Assembly (NCBI GenBank): GCA_040954595.2
Contig: CM082582.2
Span: forward strand, 5,006,303 to 5,070,302
DNA length: 64,000 nt
Direction of reading: 5' to 3'
From: Balanoglossus misakiensis
Taxonomy: Eukaryota > Animalia > Hemichordata
This document shows, in pieces, positions 10,001 through 22,316 of this stretch. The notes under the pieces were generated by a model. That model did not search any database. It was given only the letters and a program-made list of their open reading frames with translations, and was not told where the DNA came from. The stretch's first letter is position 1. Each line of letters opens with the position of its first letter. The translations under genes were made by a program, and so were the position numbers.

Positions 10001-12955
10001 GTGTGTGTGTGGACACCGTCAATGCGACTCAAAGGATTAATCCTCTATGTTCTCAAATGTCAAGTAGTATCTCTGAAACATTTCTAGTTTTACCCGGTGT
10101 GTGAACATGGTAAGTGATGCGGCGCTTATAAATATACGTTGTTTGTCCACAGACTAGGTTACATATTGCTGCTTGCAAATTGCATTATCTAGTGATTAGA
10201 ACTGCAGTTAATGCAATTAATACCATGTGATAATTTCACAGCACGCCATATGCTCAAGAACGTTCTGACAAAGGCAAAGGAGATGTTTGACGACTATTTA
10301 GACATACCGAGTAACATATTTCTGTTGAATTGCCGTGATTCTACAGACAAGGAAATGAAGAAACTCTGTGACTGTTTACATCAGAAAAAGGTAACAATGT
10401 TTTTTTGTAATCAATTGCCTCTGAATCGTTTAAATGTACAACTACAAGATTCATGAAGAATATACTGCTGAATCCATAAAAACAGAATATCCTCATCATG
10501 TTGTACAAGAATTAATTGATACAAAATTTGAATCTACAAACTTTGAATTTCTACCTTGGTAAAAGATGCATTTTCGGACTCGTTATTACTTTTATTTCAA
10601 GACACCAAGTCCATATATTAAGGTAAATCAAATAGAAAATGCTGACAAATATTCAAACATTGTATTTTCCGAGACAGGAGGGGGAAATGGAATTCATAGA
10701 ATATATAATTGTTTTCTACAAAATTGGAGTATCATTCTATACTCACAAATGATCTTCACTTTGTAGACTATTCCATTTACTGAACATATTATTTGGCTAC
10801 TTTCGATCTTTAATCATGTTATTATTTTCTTTTCATTCCTAGATAGTGAAAACGCTTCCAAGTTTTTGTGCCAAGATAATGGAAATGAAAAGTGGATTAT
10901 GTGACAAGACGTTCCCCGTTCTTTATTGGACAACATATGTGGCAAAAATCAAAGAAAAATATCCCACTATTGACGAAAGTTTCTTGCAAAAAGCCACCAA
11001 CTATCTGCATGACATTGGAGAGGTCAGTATTTAAAAAAAAAACATCTTGCATCTCGCTAATCGTTTATAACCTCTAAAAAAGTCAGAAAAAACACAAACT
11101 TAGTTCAATTATTACCAAAACTATGCCTTGTTTCATGTTTGGTGGCCATCTTGTATTTATCGAAACCCTCAATGGTGCCAAGGTGGCATCATTATGTTTT
11201 GTTAAGGACATGCTATACATGTAATTAAGTAAACTGCAAAAAATGTGCAGACTGTTATTTTGGGTTACGAGGCCTGCCACTGGACTATAATGATTTATCT
11301 AAACCACCCGGTGCCTGCCATATTTTTATGAACTGCATGCTCATTGATATATCAATGTTGGCCACTGTTCTAAATACAGTTGTTGATGAAAAGATTTACA
11401 GAGTGTGTGTTGCATAAAGTAATGTGCAACATATAGATTTTCATTTATCAAAATATTTATTTTCTTGTACATACAGCTTTTGTTTGTGAAGAAGTCATCT
11501 CCTGAAAAGGAAGATGTCGTGGTATTGGATCCAAACTGGTTGTGTTACAGGATATTTGGACCAATGTTGGCTACCCCCTTATTTGCAGAATACAGTTCCA
11601 CATTTGACAGAGATTGTTTTCAGACGATGGACAAGATAGAAGATGTACTCGGTGAAGGTGTAGACAGCAAACTCATCATCGACCTTCTAGAGGATTTTGA
11701 GCTTCTCTATGCACATAGCATCACAAAGACTGGAGAGAAACTTTTCGTCATACCAGGGCTTCAAGACGATGATATGCCTGAAGGTCATTGGGAGAAGAGC
11801 GAAGTGAAGACAATTTACATTGGCAGACGATTTGAATGCCGTGATCAAACGGATTCCTTTACGGCAGGCTTTTTCCCAAGATTACAGACCCGTCTATATA
11901 AGCATTTCACAGAGCTTGGCCAGCCGCCCAGTGGCTTATGGAAAAATGGTATCAAAGTGTGCCATGATGTTGAAGGTCTTGTCTTTATGACTAATGACAG
12001 AAGGGCAGTCAACGTCTGCGTACGAGTTAAAAACAAGAAGTCGATGGGTGAGGGCTACGAGCTTCTTGAGATGGTTTCCAAAGACATACATGATGTCTTC
12101 TCGGTCGCATGTCCAGGCAACAGGATTAATCAGCTTATTCTTAGTGCTGATTCTCTTGCAAACCACAGTGATATAGAAAACTTCGAATTTTACACCCTCG
12201 ATGAGGTGCTTCGTGCAGAAGACATGGGGACGAAAGTGTACAACAAAGAAGTCGGTGAAGCAGAAGATGTTTGTGACCTGCTTTGTCAAGGTCATGACAC
12301 AACAATCTTACAACACCAGTGGAAACGCTGTGATATCAAATGGATGCTTGAAGAAACAAAAAGAAAACTGACCATGAGAATGGACATTCAACGTGCACAA
12401 TCTTTGCACTACGCCTGCATGGCAGAATGGATGGGAATCGGGTACCAGGATGTCAGGGCATTTGAGGAGATGGCGGGTCGAACAGGCATACCAGTTACAG
12501 AATACATCTTTGCAGAGTGGTGTCGTAGATGGGTAGGGACAAGGCGACATCAACGGGGAAAAGACACAGAACTCCCAGCCACTTCTCATGTCACACATGA
12601 TGTTGATAGTGGTTTTGCAACAATGTCACCGTCATCTAAACAACCAGACCCAGGGGTACAATTCCGACGAGAAAACGACACCACTACAGCTGCAGACATC
12701 ACAGCCGTCTCATATGACATAGAAACCTCCGAAGATCATTGTGAGAAAATGTCACACTCGTCAACATCACCTCAACAAGAATCAAGTGAAGAAGTGAAGG
12801 CTCAGAAACCAGCAAGACAGAAGTATCCACATGTACAGGGACCTGTCTTGGAAAGCAACTTTGAGAATCTGTTGGCAATATTCAGCACCATGGGAAGAGA
12901 CGACATGGTCGGATTGATTGAAGAGATGTTCCAGAAATTGGAAGAACGCAGATAG
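1032..12955 (+). CDS. ROCO protein: tandem ankyrin repeats + ROC GTPase + COR + death domain (DAPK-like C-terminus); multi-exon, 5' end not identified
   Basis: 18 ankyrin exons (1032-6499), then 7171-7281 (DGDTALHVVA..GADID), 7756-7827, 8281-8400 (P-loop GYGGVGKTT), 8952-9191 (PTPGID, WDFAGQ.EYY.TH), 9787-9931 (VILVASRAD), 10242-10390, 10843-11022 (YLHDIGE) and 11477-12955 (COR: VVLDPNWLC..IFG, GFFPRLQ, LWKNG; then death domain). All GT-AG with consistent phases; about 1430 aa visible. Confidence 0.9.
2179..2399. mobile_element. Non-autonomous DNA element (TACTGTAAAA...TTTTACAGTA family), degenerate left end
   Basis: Shares GCGATATCAAAAG core and TTTTACAGTA end with copies at 35286-35457 and 58316-58505; absent from the paralogous intron at ~3990-4040. 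Confidence 0.6.
4403..4440 (+). pseudogene. Truncated ankyrin pseudo-exon
   Basis: After a typical array intron and TTCATAG it reads aca ccg tta caa tat gca gca atg aat ggc (TPLQYAAMNG). It then joins the 3' half of the next intron, with no exon 3' half or donor. Confidence 0.7.
9403..9656. mobile_element. Degenerate PIF/Harbinger-like MITE in ROCO intron
   Basis: TTA|GGGAGCTGTCATTATTTA ... TAAATAATGACGGCTTTC|TTA: imperfect terminal inverted repeats with TTA flanks. Confidence 0.5.
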
Positions 12956-13378
12956 ACTGTCAAAGGATGAGCGGATAACATGTGAAAACCACAATTTGAT
13001 TGCTTCAAATCCCACCCAGTAAACTAAAACCATGTGCGTGAAATGACCATAGAAGTATCAGCGGTAAACTTGGAAATGAATCTGAAACTGGAAACATTGC
13101 ATGTAGTGTGGAAGACAGACTTCTAAAGAAAATACTTACATGTGTGTATAATAATTTCAGTAGAATGGTATTGTTTTCCAAACCATTTGTAATTGTAATT
13201 TAGCCATTGCATGAACAATTGTAAGGTTTGCAAGTAGGCAGAAAGGGACATAGAGGTTAGTTGTTTTATTGTTTTAACAAAGGGAAGGTTAAAGATTTCT
13301 GACTAATTGTTGCATGACGAGAAGTTTTTTTGCCATAAATATAAAATGCATTCACATACACATACGGCACACACACTG

Positions 13379-13568
13379 TACATACATACATACATACATA
13401 CATACATACATACATACATACATACATACATACATACATACATACATACATACATACATACATACATACATACATACATACATACATACATACATACATA
13501 CATACATACATACATACATACATACATACATACATACATACATACATACATACATACATACATACACA

Positions 13569-13608
<40 letters not shown>

Positions 13609-13672
13609 TACATACATACATACATACATACATACATACATACATACATACATACATACATACATACATACA
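13379..13672. repeat. Compound (CATA)n/(CA)n microsatellite
   Basis: Seen directly; explains the YIHT/MYVC ORFs. Confidence 0.97.
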
Positions 13673-14564
13673 TGCTTAACAATAAACAATAACAATGGTA
13701 AGTACACATGACTTGTTGAAAATCAGAAAGCTGGGCGTGATGGGTTACTTTAGGGAGGGGCGCAAGACTCATTATTTCACTCCAGCAGCGAACTTTGACC
13801 CTCATTCACCACCGTTGTGCGATGTCCTCAGTTATTAGCGTATTTTCCAAGTCATTTCCAGCGGATAGTGCCCTAACATACTTCTTGGAAAATCGGCTGA
13901 AATACGTAAACAGACCAGTGATTTTTCTTACAAAAGTCGGTTCGCTCGACTTACAATGCTGCGTGTGAGTGCGTAAATACGCAGTCGTCAGATTCAATCT
14001 GTAAGTCAAGTGTATCAGCGCATTTGAAATATCCAAATTCAAATTTATGTTAATAGTGAAATTAAAATTAGAACTGTTGCATAGATTGTTGAATTGAGAA
14101 ATCGAATGTGGAATTGAAATAAGAATAGCAAAATGAGGAGTTGTAATTTTGTCAAGGATTGGACACCATAACATCTCCATGTATGCATGCAAGGGAAGCA
14201 AAACGTAATTATGCATTTATTATCCTTATTATGTATGTAAAGTCTATAGTAAAATCACATAGAATATTTCTAGCTACATTGTACACATTCATCCTGGAAT
14301 ATGATGCTTTTGCTAAATGTACTCGTCTCTCTTTGAGCAAGAATTAATATTCATTGTAAACAGATTTGCAAATGAAATTTTTCTCTGGACTTTGCGTATT
14401 GGAGTCCTGATATAAGTTGTTGTACTGTAGCTTCTGTGTAAGTACTTTTGTAACCTTGTATTCTTGAACCAACTTTAACATCATGTATAATTCGTATGCC
14501 ATATGCATTGCCTTTTCATTTCTAGTTAAATTTTATCCGTGCTTTTTTAAGGTCACGGTCACCA

Positions 14565-17500
14565 TCAAATCAAATAATTAACGTTGGGGGCGTCCCGCTC
14601 ACAGTCTTCGTGATCACACACGCAACTTTGTGGAATGGAAGTTGTCTTAGTCAAGCGAACAGCTGATTCGTTGCCTGTGGAAACACAATTACAAGAACAC
14701 AAATGAGTTTTATACTCGTCACAACTTTTTTGCACAACACCAGAAGAAACCATCCCCATGCACACTTTTCATAAATGCAGCGCCCTCATGAAGCAATCAA
14801 AGTGAGGCTTAAGTTGACTAATGAATGTCGGAATTTGACCTCAAATTCACGATGACTACATGAGGGCGCTAGACCTATAAAAGGGGAACGCAAACGAATT
14901 GAAGATTATCACAAAGGATTGTATTTTTAGCTTGTGTTTTTCCTCGAGCAACTGTCGGAATAAAAAAAAAACAATTGAACTTTTCACATTGTAGTGAATA
15001 GTGAATGATTATTATCTACTAAGAAGATTTCATCTATGACGTTTTCCTTTGTAGAATTTGATCCTATGTATTTTTTATCTTATTTCTGTGCACATTCAAT
15101 ATTCTTAGTCGTATATCACTCTACGTCAAGGAAATATCCCGCCTGCCAATCTGATTAAAATCAGATGTAGGGAACGGCGACGTCTTTTACTTACGCTGTA
15201 CGGTATTTCTTATGTTGTACAGTACCGCGCAAGTAAAATACGACGTCGCCGTTCCCTACATCTGATTTTAATCTGATTGCCCGCCTACCTGCTTCCTGCG
15301 AGCCTTCCGTGGGAGTGCACTTGAACTCAACGTCAACAGTTCGAAAACTTGAGGACTTGCAGAGTTTGGGGCAGGTCAGATGTTTTTGTACACTTTGGCA
15401 GTTCATTCCGTCGTGGACCTTTGTCAGGTATTCCACATTTCCTTTGCAACCTACGAAGTAACAAATGACTTTCATTTTCATTCATCAATATTTCTAAATC
15501 CACAATCGCTAACTCGTAGCCGTTTTCAGTAAATTGTGTTGTGTAGTAGTTCGGATACCCGGCCAAAGCACAATGAAATACCCTGTATTTAGCTTTCCAA
15601 ACACATTTTTGTATGCACAGTCATTATTGTTATTGTGGGTACACAAGTCCGGATAAGCATTCATAATACAACTATGATAGTCGTTTACACATAAACGACT
15701 TTTTATTCGCATCACTAGTGAAATTCTGAAAACGGAGTTTGGCATGCCATGTAGATACATTTTGTACCTATGATAATTTAAAACAGCAGAAGTAACACAG
15801 AATTTTCCATGATGGGCCTATAGTCATACATGAACATAATATCACGAATTGTAATGAGGACGAACTGTCATGGCATCGTCGCAAACCACGGCCCTTTTAC
15901 GGCAGCGCTCTGCTCCCCGCAATTTCGATAGTGAAGCGAAAGAAATCCGTAGTCTGGTGGTCGAGAATGTGTCATGGGCGATTAGTCTTGTCCCATGCCC
16001 CATTCCCACCGCTGGCTGCGCTGCTCAAAGCATACGAGGACAGTTCGGCAACTCGATCACTCACTAATACTACTTGGCAATAGCCAATAACGTTTTAACG
16101 GGGTAGAAAGAAACCACACGTTTATCACACTTGCCAGCCGGTTGTAATTTGCTACGTGCAAAAATATAGAATTGATCAAGAACTTTCATGCACTTACTGC
16201 AGCTTTGGCATTCCTTAGTCTCCACGACACGGCAAATCTGGTCGTCGGATTGGTCGCACCAAGCTCGGAGTGTCCGTTCTTGTTTTCCCCGACCGCACTG
16301 AGTGTCGGCACGACAAGCGCTCCATTCTGACGCAGAGACGGCCACACATTCTGTTGGCGAAAACGATGACGTCATCATGATGAAACAAACGTAAATTTTA
16401 CCACTAACAGAACGAAAACAATTTATTTCCCAATTACCGAAAAACAAAAATTTCAGGAAATTTCATTGAAATAAAGTTAAAATAGCAGTTAATTATGAAG
16501 ATGTTTAGTTTTACTTAGTAATCATTAATGACTGCATTTAGTAAAATATTGTAGCTATTAAACATCAGCGAAAGGTCACTGCATGTATACAGGACAGACA
16601 GTAAACGAGTGAGTTACTTGGTTCATGATTTTTACCAAGACCAAAGGAAGCGCAAAATGACTAGTAGGCTAGTCTACCATTCAACGAGAAATGTTAATAA
16701 AGACTCTGACGTGCACGGGGTTGCCTGAGCTGCCACGCTTAAATCTTACCGCTGTTACTGCCCTCATTAACTATTGGTTTCTCATCATCAGTCTCCCTTG
16801 CACCTCGAACACTCTCGTTTGTTGGTCTGTGAAAAGGACGCCGATATATGTTCTATTTATACTATACAATACTTTATGCAAAGTAATAAGAAATAAGGCA
16901 ATCAGTGTTGTCAACGTTACTTTAAACACATAGGGGTGCCAATAATATACCCGACATTTCATGCTTTATGAAGTTGATGAAAACGCAGTTGGAAATTTTT
17001 AAACAATCGTCTAACGGAGCTTGAACTGCATAGTCGCCCGTCAAAGTCTTTCTCTACGAGACTGTGGTCGAGCCAACGACCCGTGCGAGCGGATAGTTGC
17101 ATCATATCATCGATTTCGTCGCAGAAGTTCGAAGTTGGCGATGCATTTCAAAATCAGCAATCATTACTGTGCATTGCAAGTGTACTCGTGTGCGGGTATG
17201 TGTTTGAGTAAATCTTACCCTTTGGGCGTGGCTCTCAGCTGATAGGTGATGTTCAACCCACTGGTGCCGTTTACTTGCCTACACACTCCATCGAAGTCTG
17301 CATAGCCGGTGACGTCAACGCACGACTGGAAAGAAACAGACTCTCAGTATAATACAAACATGGATCTGCGTGCATTAATGTGTAGCACGTATTACATTGG
17401 CGTCACCACTGGTCGAGCTAATACCCAGACAGCGAGATCTTTTGACGGCACATTGAGTTGTATTGTTTGCGACAATTAGAGGTGATATTTTTCAAAAAAT

Positions 17501-19537
17501 CTGAATACATGTTAATTTGTCGCCGTGTATATTTTCAAATTTAGAGTAAGACAAGCGCCTGACACTACTCCACTCTGATGTGTGATACATTTGACATTTT
17601 GTGCTTGACTATCATGGAAATTGTATGTGAGTATGTTGACTCACACTTTGATGGAGGTTTTGGAAACCAATATTCTTGGCCATTTCATCTTCTCCTTCTC
17701 CGTTCCTGCGTTTAAGAAATGAACTAAAGTTGAATCTGAAAATAGAAAAATTAAACATTTTGTTAGTATCGGTGTTAAATTTGGACACATTTATTGGCTT
17801 TCCCGTTAAATTGATTGATTGATTGGCAGACTGACTGATTATTCAGTTAAATCAATCATCCCTCCCTCCTCCCCCTCCCCACTCCGTCCATTCCCCCGTC
17901 TGTCTGTCTGTCTGTCTGTCCGTCCGTCTCTGTCTGCCTGCCTGTCTGTCTGTCTGTCCGTCCGTCTCCCCGTCTGTCTGTCTACGCTCTGGTGACTGAC
18001 TTGGCACCCATGCGTGTATCATGCAAACTTCCCTCGATGACAAATTGCGGAAAAGTAGAAGGATTGTCGGGGTATTTTGCATCTACCAACCTTTTGCTGT
18101 AAACACTCGCTTCATTCAAACTAGTCTGCATATCAAATTTCACCGGATCATACCACACAGATGCGTTCACGGAGAGGTGAGGGAAACCATTGGACGCGTT
18201 GAACTTCAGTCCAGATGATATAAAATGGCCATCTACGCCGATCTTTCCATCGACGAAAGCCCAAAAGCTAGGACAAGATTGATAATGTCATTTAGGGGTG
18301 TAGCCTTTTCAGTATACAAAACGGTGTTACAGTGTTCGCGATCGAAAAATTTTGGTATACACTACTGGTGGTGCTGGTGGTGGCGGTGGTTGCAGAGTTG
18401 GACAATTTTGCTTTATGGTTATGCTATATAAGCAGATGATATAAATATCAGATATAATATATTGATGCTTGACTCTTTCCTTCATAGGAGATGCGAGAGG
18501 GTACATTTCACTCACATTCTTGTGAGACTTCTTACAACTAAATTATTCCAAAATGCAACCGACCAAAGCCGCACTCTTCTTTTCATTGTGTCTGACGACA
18601 GAACTGACCTTGAGTTCAGCTGCGCGACCAGCTGTGACTCTTCAACCTTCAAGTCGCCATCCGCACTGATCATGAACCTGGAGCCCTTGTCCACTCGCGC
18701 CGTGAGCGGGAGACCGAGACTGGTGGGCATCCGGAACGAGGAGTAGTACATCTGGGTTGTCTCGTTGTAGGCCACCGATTGGCCGGCCTGGAGCCCGCGC
18801 AACAGGTGGGCCACCTCGTCGACGGCCTTGTGGGAGAAATACACCTCCTGGCCGAGAATGACCACATAAAAGGACAGCTTGGGTTTGATAACCTCCTGGC
18901 GGCAGATGGAGTCAGATGGGACCTACAAGTAACGACATTTTACATTGTTGAGCAGTGACGCATGTTAAGGGGGCAGGGTCGGGTTCGTTTGATACGAAAT
19001 GTTTTGGCGCGAAAGTACTCTAGCCAATCCAGCCAAATCAATTTTGAGCCTAATGGTGACCATCTTCACTCACGTGAGTAAACTTTGACAAGACAAAGTA
19101 TAAGAAGCGAAAAATTAATGTAATCGAGTCGACGTGCAAGTATGCCACTGGTTGAGCTTTGATTATATGCAGAAAATAGGTTTTAACTTGCCTCTGGTGT
19201 ACACATCAAACCATTCATACCACTGGCGTCCACGTTCGTTACCTCGGCACGCCTGGCGAAAATTCCTTGCCTTCGAAACATACTCAATAAGTAATAGTCG
19301 AAACCCCTGCATGGACGCAAGGACCCGCGTTTGCGGTGGTTCTCGATTCCCTGTTTCAGTGCGCGTAGTTGAGGACCGAGTCCCTCCACACGAAGTCCCA
19401 TCTGTAGTTTGGGAGAATTATTATGGTTAGCAGTGTCGTGTTCAATAGCCCCCAACGGTGAAACTTCACCCAGCCAATTGCAGTGCACCCCAAAGAGGTG
19501 GCGGTTGGTGCGAAATATCTAAAATAAACTAATCATC

Positions 19538-19578
<41 letters not shown>

Positions 19579-20655
19579 GACAACAATAATAATTTTTTTT
19601 CGATCCAGATCACCTCGAACAGATGTGTATCAAATCCCATGACGTCATTCATATCCATGAAGTTCAACTTGATTTCACGCGGCAGGTGGCTGCTCGCGTC
19701 ATAGATCACGTGACTGCCCAGGACACCTGCAACAACGAGTTGGTTAAAAGGTGGTTAGTGTAGAGCTGATGCGAACAACGGTGGCGACAGGGCTTTTAGA
19801 ATGTGAAAAAAAAAATTTCACAAATGAACTCTTGGAAACAACAATTAGAACAGAAAAGTAACCCCAATGTCTTTCTGTGTGACATCTACAATGTAAAGGG
19901 TCCGACGACACTGTTCGTTGCGCAGATTGTGCAATTCATGTCAACGGCAGTTGCGCTAACGACTTAAGTGAAAGTGCAACACGGTTACCTTCTTTTCCCA
20001 AGGACCACGACGACGCAAACGAAGTATTGAACTTGTTTGCTTGCGTTGCAACTGGACACTCGTTTCCGAGGCGACGAAGGACTTCCTCGTAAGTTTGAAT
20101 CCTTACAAGTTGAAGGAATAAAAAAAAAAAACTTTTTGAGTTCAAATAATGAAGTCAGGTCACGTCATTTTGAATTTGCGTCAATATGCAACAATTTACC
20201 CAGTTGCTAAGCGCACCATCGAAACAAATAATGTCGTCTTTACCTACTTTCCTGGCCGGGAAAAAGTGAGTAAGTTTTCATGGACGTGTCCAAATATGAA
20301 CAGATGTAGTTAATCATATCTATATCCTCTTCTGCTTCTAATGTGGGGGTTATCCTGTTCACAATTCCCATGGATGGTTTCAGTTCCATTAGCATGATAA
20401 ACGCTGCTATCCGTATTTCGATTGCATTGGTCCTGTTCTCAAATAACACACTCAGCTGGTTCAAGACCTGCATATTGAGAGGCAAGCGTGTAACGTTAGA
20501 GGTAGAGACATAGAACAAGAGAGACAGACAGGCAGAGAGACAGAGAGAGACAGACAGACAGAGAGACAGACAGACAGACAGAGATACACAGACAGACAGA
20601 GAGACAGACAGACAGAGAGACAGAGAGACACAGAGAGAGAGACAGAGAGAGAGAC

Positions 20656-20718
<63 letters not shown>

Positions 20719-22238
20719 AAACAGACAGATCTCGACAAACGGACAGACAGACAGAATCAAAATGCAACGACAACAGGTAAATCAATTGTTGGGAGACAAC
20801 ATGCGAAAGATGAAAATGAAACCCGAAACTTACTAAACGGAGAGCAGTTACCAATTTCGAAGTATATATTAAAGGACTTAATATCGAATATTACCCATAA
20901 TGCCACGTGCACTGAATGATTTCTCGGTGTGTCGAATGTCATCACTGAGAATCCCTCAGTCGAAGAATGATGGAAACTTTACAAGGAAAGTGGGGGAGAA
21001 CCTTTATTGGCTTTAGAATTACCTTCGTGGTGATTTTGTCAGCAGGCACTTTCCATGGACTGAATATGGCCGTGGCTCTTGTCTCGAGTGTTGGACAGTC
21101 TTTTGCACACTGCATCATGAGAGGCAGGGTGGAAGACAAACCCGTGTTCATCAAACCCTTTATTGCCATCAAGATCTCTTCTTCGTTGTTTTCCTTCAAG
21201 GACTTTGTGAAGAAAGACACTAAGAAATTCTTGGCTTCTTCTATGGTATCCTGAACAGAAGGTGTATAACGTATAGAAAAAAAATCTATCAGCAAATCTT
21301 GCATGTAGCATAGTGTTGTTTATATCGGTTAATAATACATGTACTCCTCTTTTGGCACCGTTTGTGAAAATTTCAAGAATATGACAATATTGTAACGTTA
21401 TTTTCTCAACATCGCTATGGAATGCGATTACCACACACTGCATCCGGGTATTCACCTACCCGAAGCTTCCACACTGTTACTTACCGGCATAGCGTTTTCG
21501 TCGACTTCGTAGTTGGTGACGAAGTTGTAGATCATTGAACCCAGAGTGAGTAAACACTGATCTCGCAGTGATGGCTTGGTGCGAGCGATCGTCTGTCGAT
21601 GACACCAGAAAGGGACACAGTGTGGAGATGGTAGAAGAAGAATATTCAATAACTCGGATTATTGAAAGTATCGTTTGAATTTCTTGGTGAAGACAGCAGT
21701 TATGATCCTTGGGGAAATACACCTGTTTGCTTCTAGCATATCTGTTTGTCATTGTTCCTGTGATACCGGCAGTATTTTCTGTGAATAGTTTGTGTATGTC
21801 TGAATAATGGATAATGGTTTGGTATATTTTTAGGTATCGGCATTAAATATAGAAAATAGCTACAGCTTCTGGAGTGTCGAACTGGTATGCAACATCCTTA
21901 ATCACAATGTTTACAATTAATATTACGGGTTTTACCCACCAAGACATCGTTCACCATTTCACTTGTGGGATTTGTAGCGATCGCAATACCACGAAGGTAA
22001 CGCCTGGCTTGGCTGTCGTCGACCATACTTGAGACGATTTGATCGGCCATCAGTTTGACCGCTACGGATGTGTCTAGGCTTGACAAGACCTCACTGAATG
22101 TGTCCCTGTACATAGAACCAGCATATCAATCGGTGAATCGCGTGAAAAGAACAGCACAAGACGAATATTAACGGCGCCAGTGTCACTACCACCATCACCA
22201 CCACCACCACCACCACCACCACCACCACCACCACCACC

Positions 22239-22316
<78 letters not shown>

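Noticed and set aside
9975-10145. Possible SINE/LINE 3' fragment ending GCGCTTATAAAT
   Set aside because: Single copy in the window; cannot be supported without a repeat library.
13266-13805. Long MYVC/YIHT ORFs
   Set aside because: Microsatellite translations.
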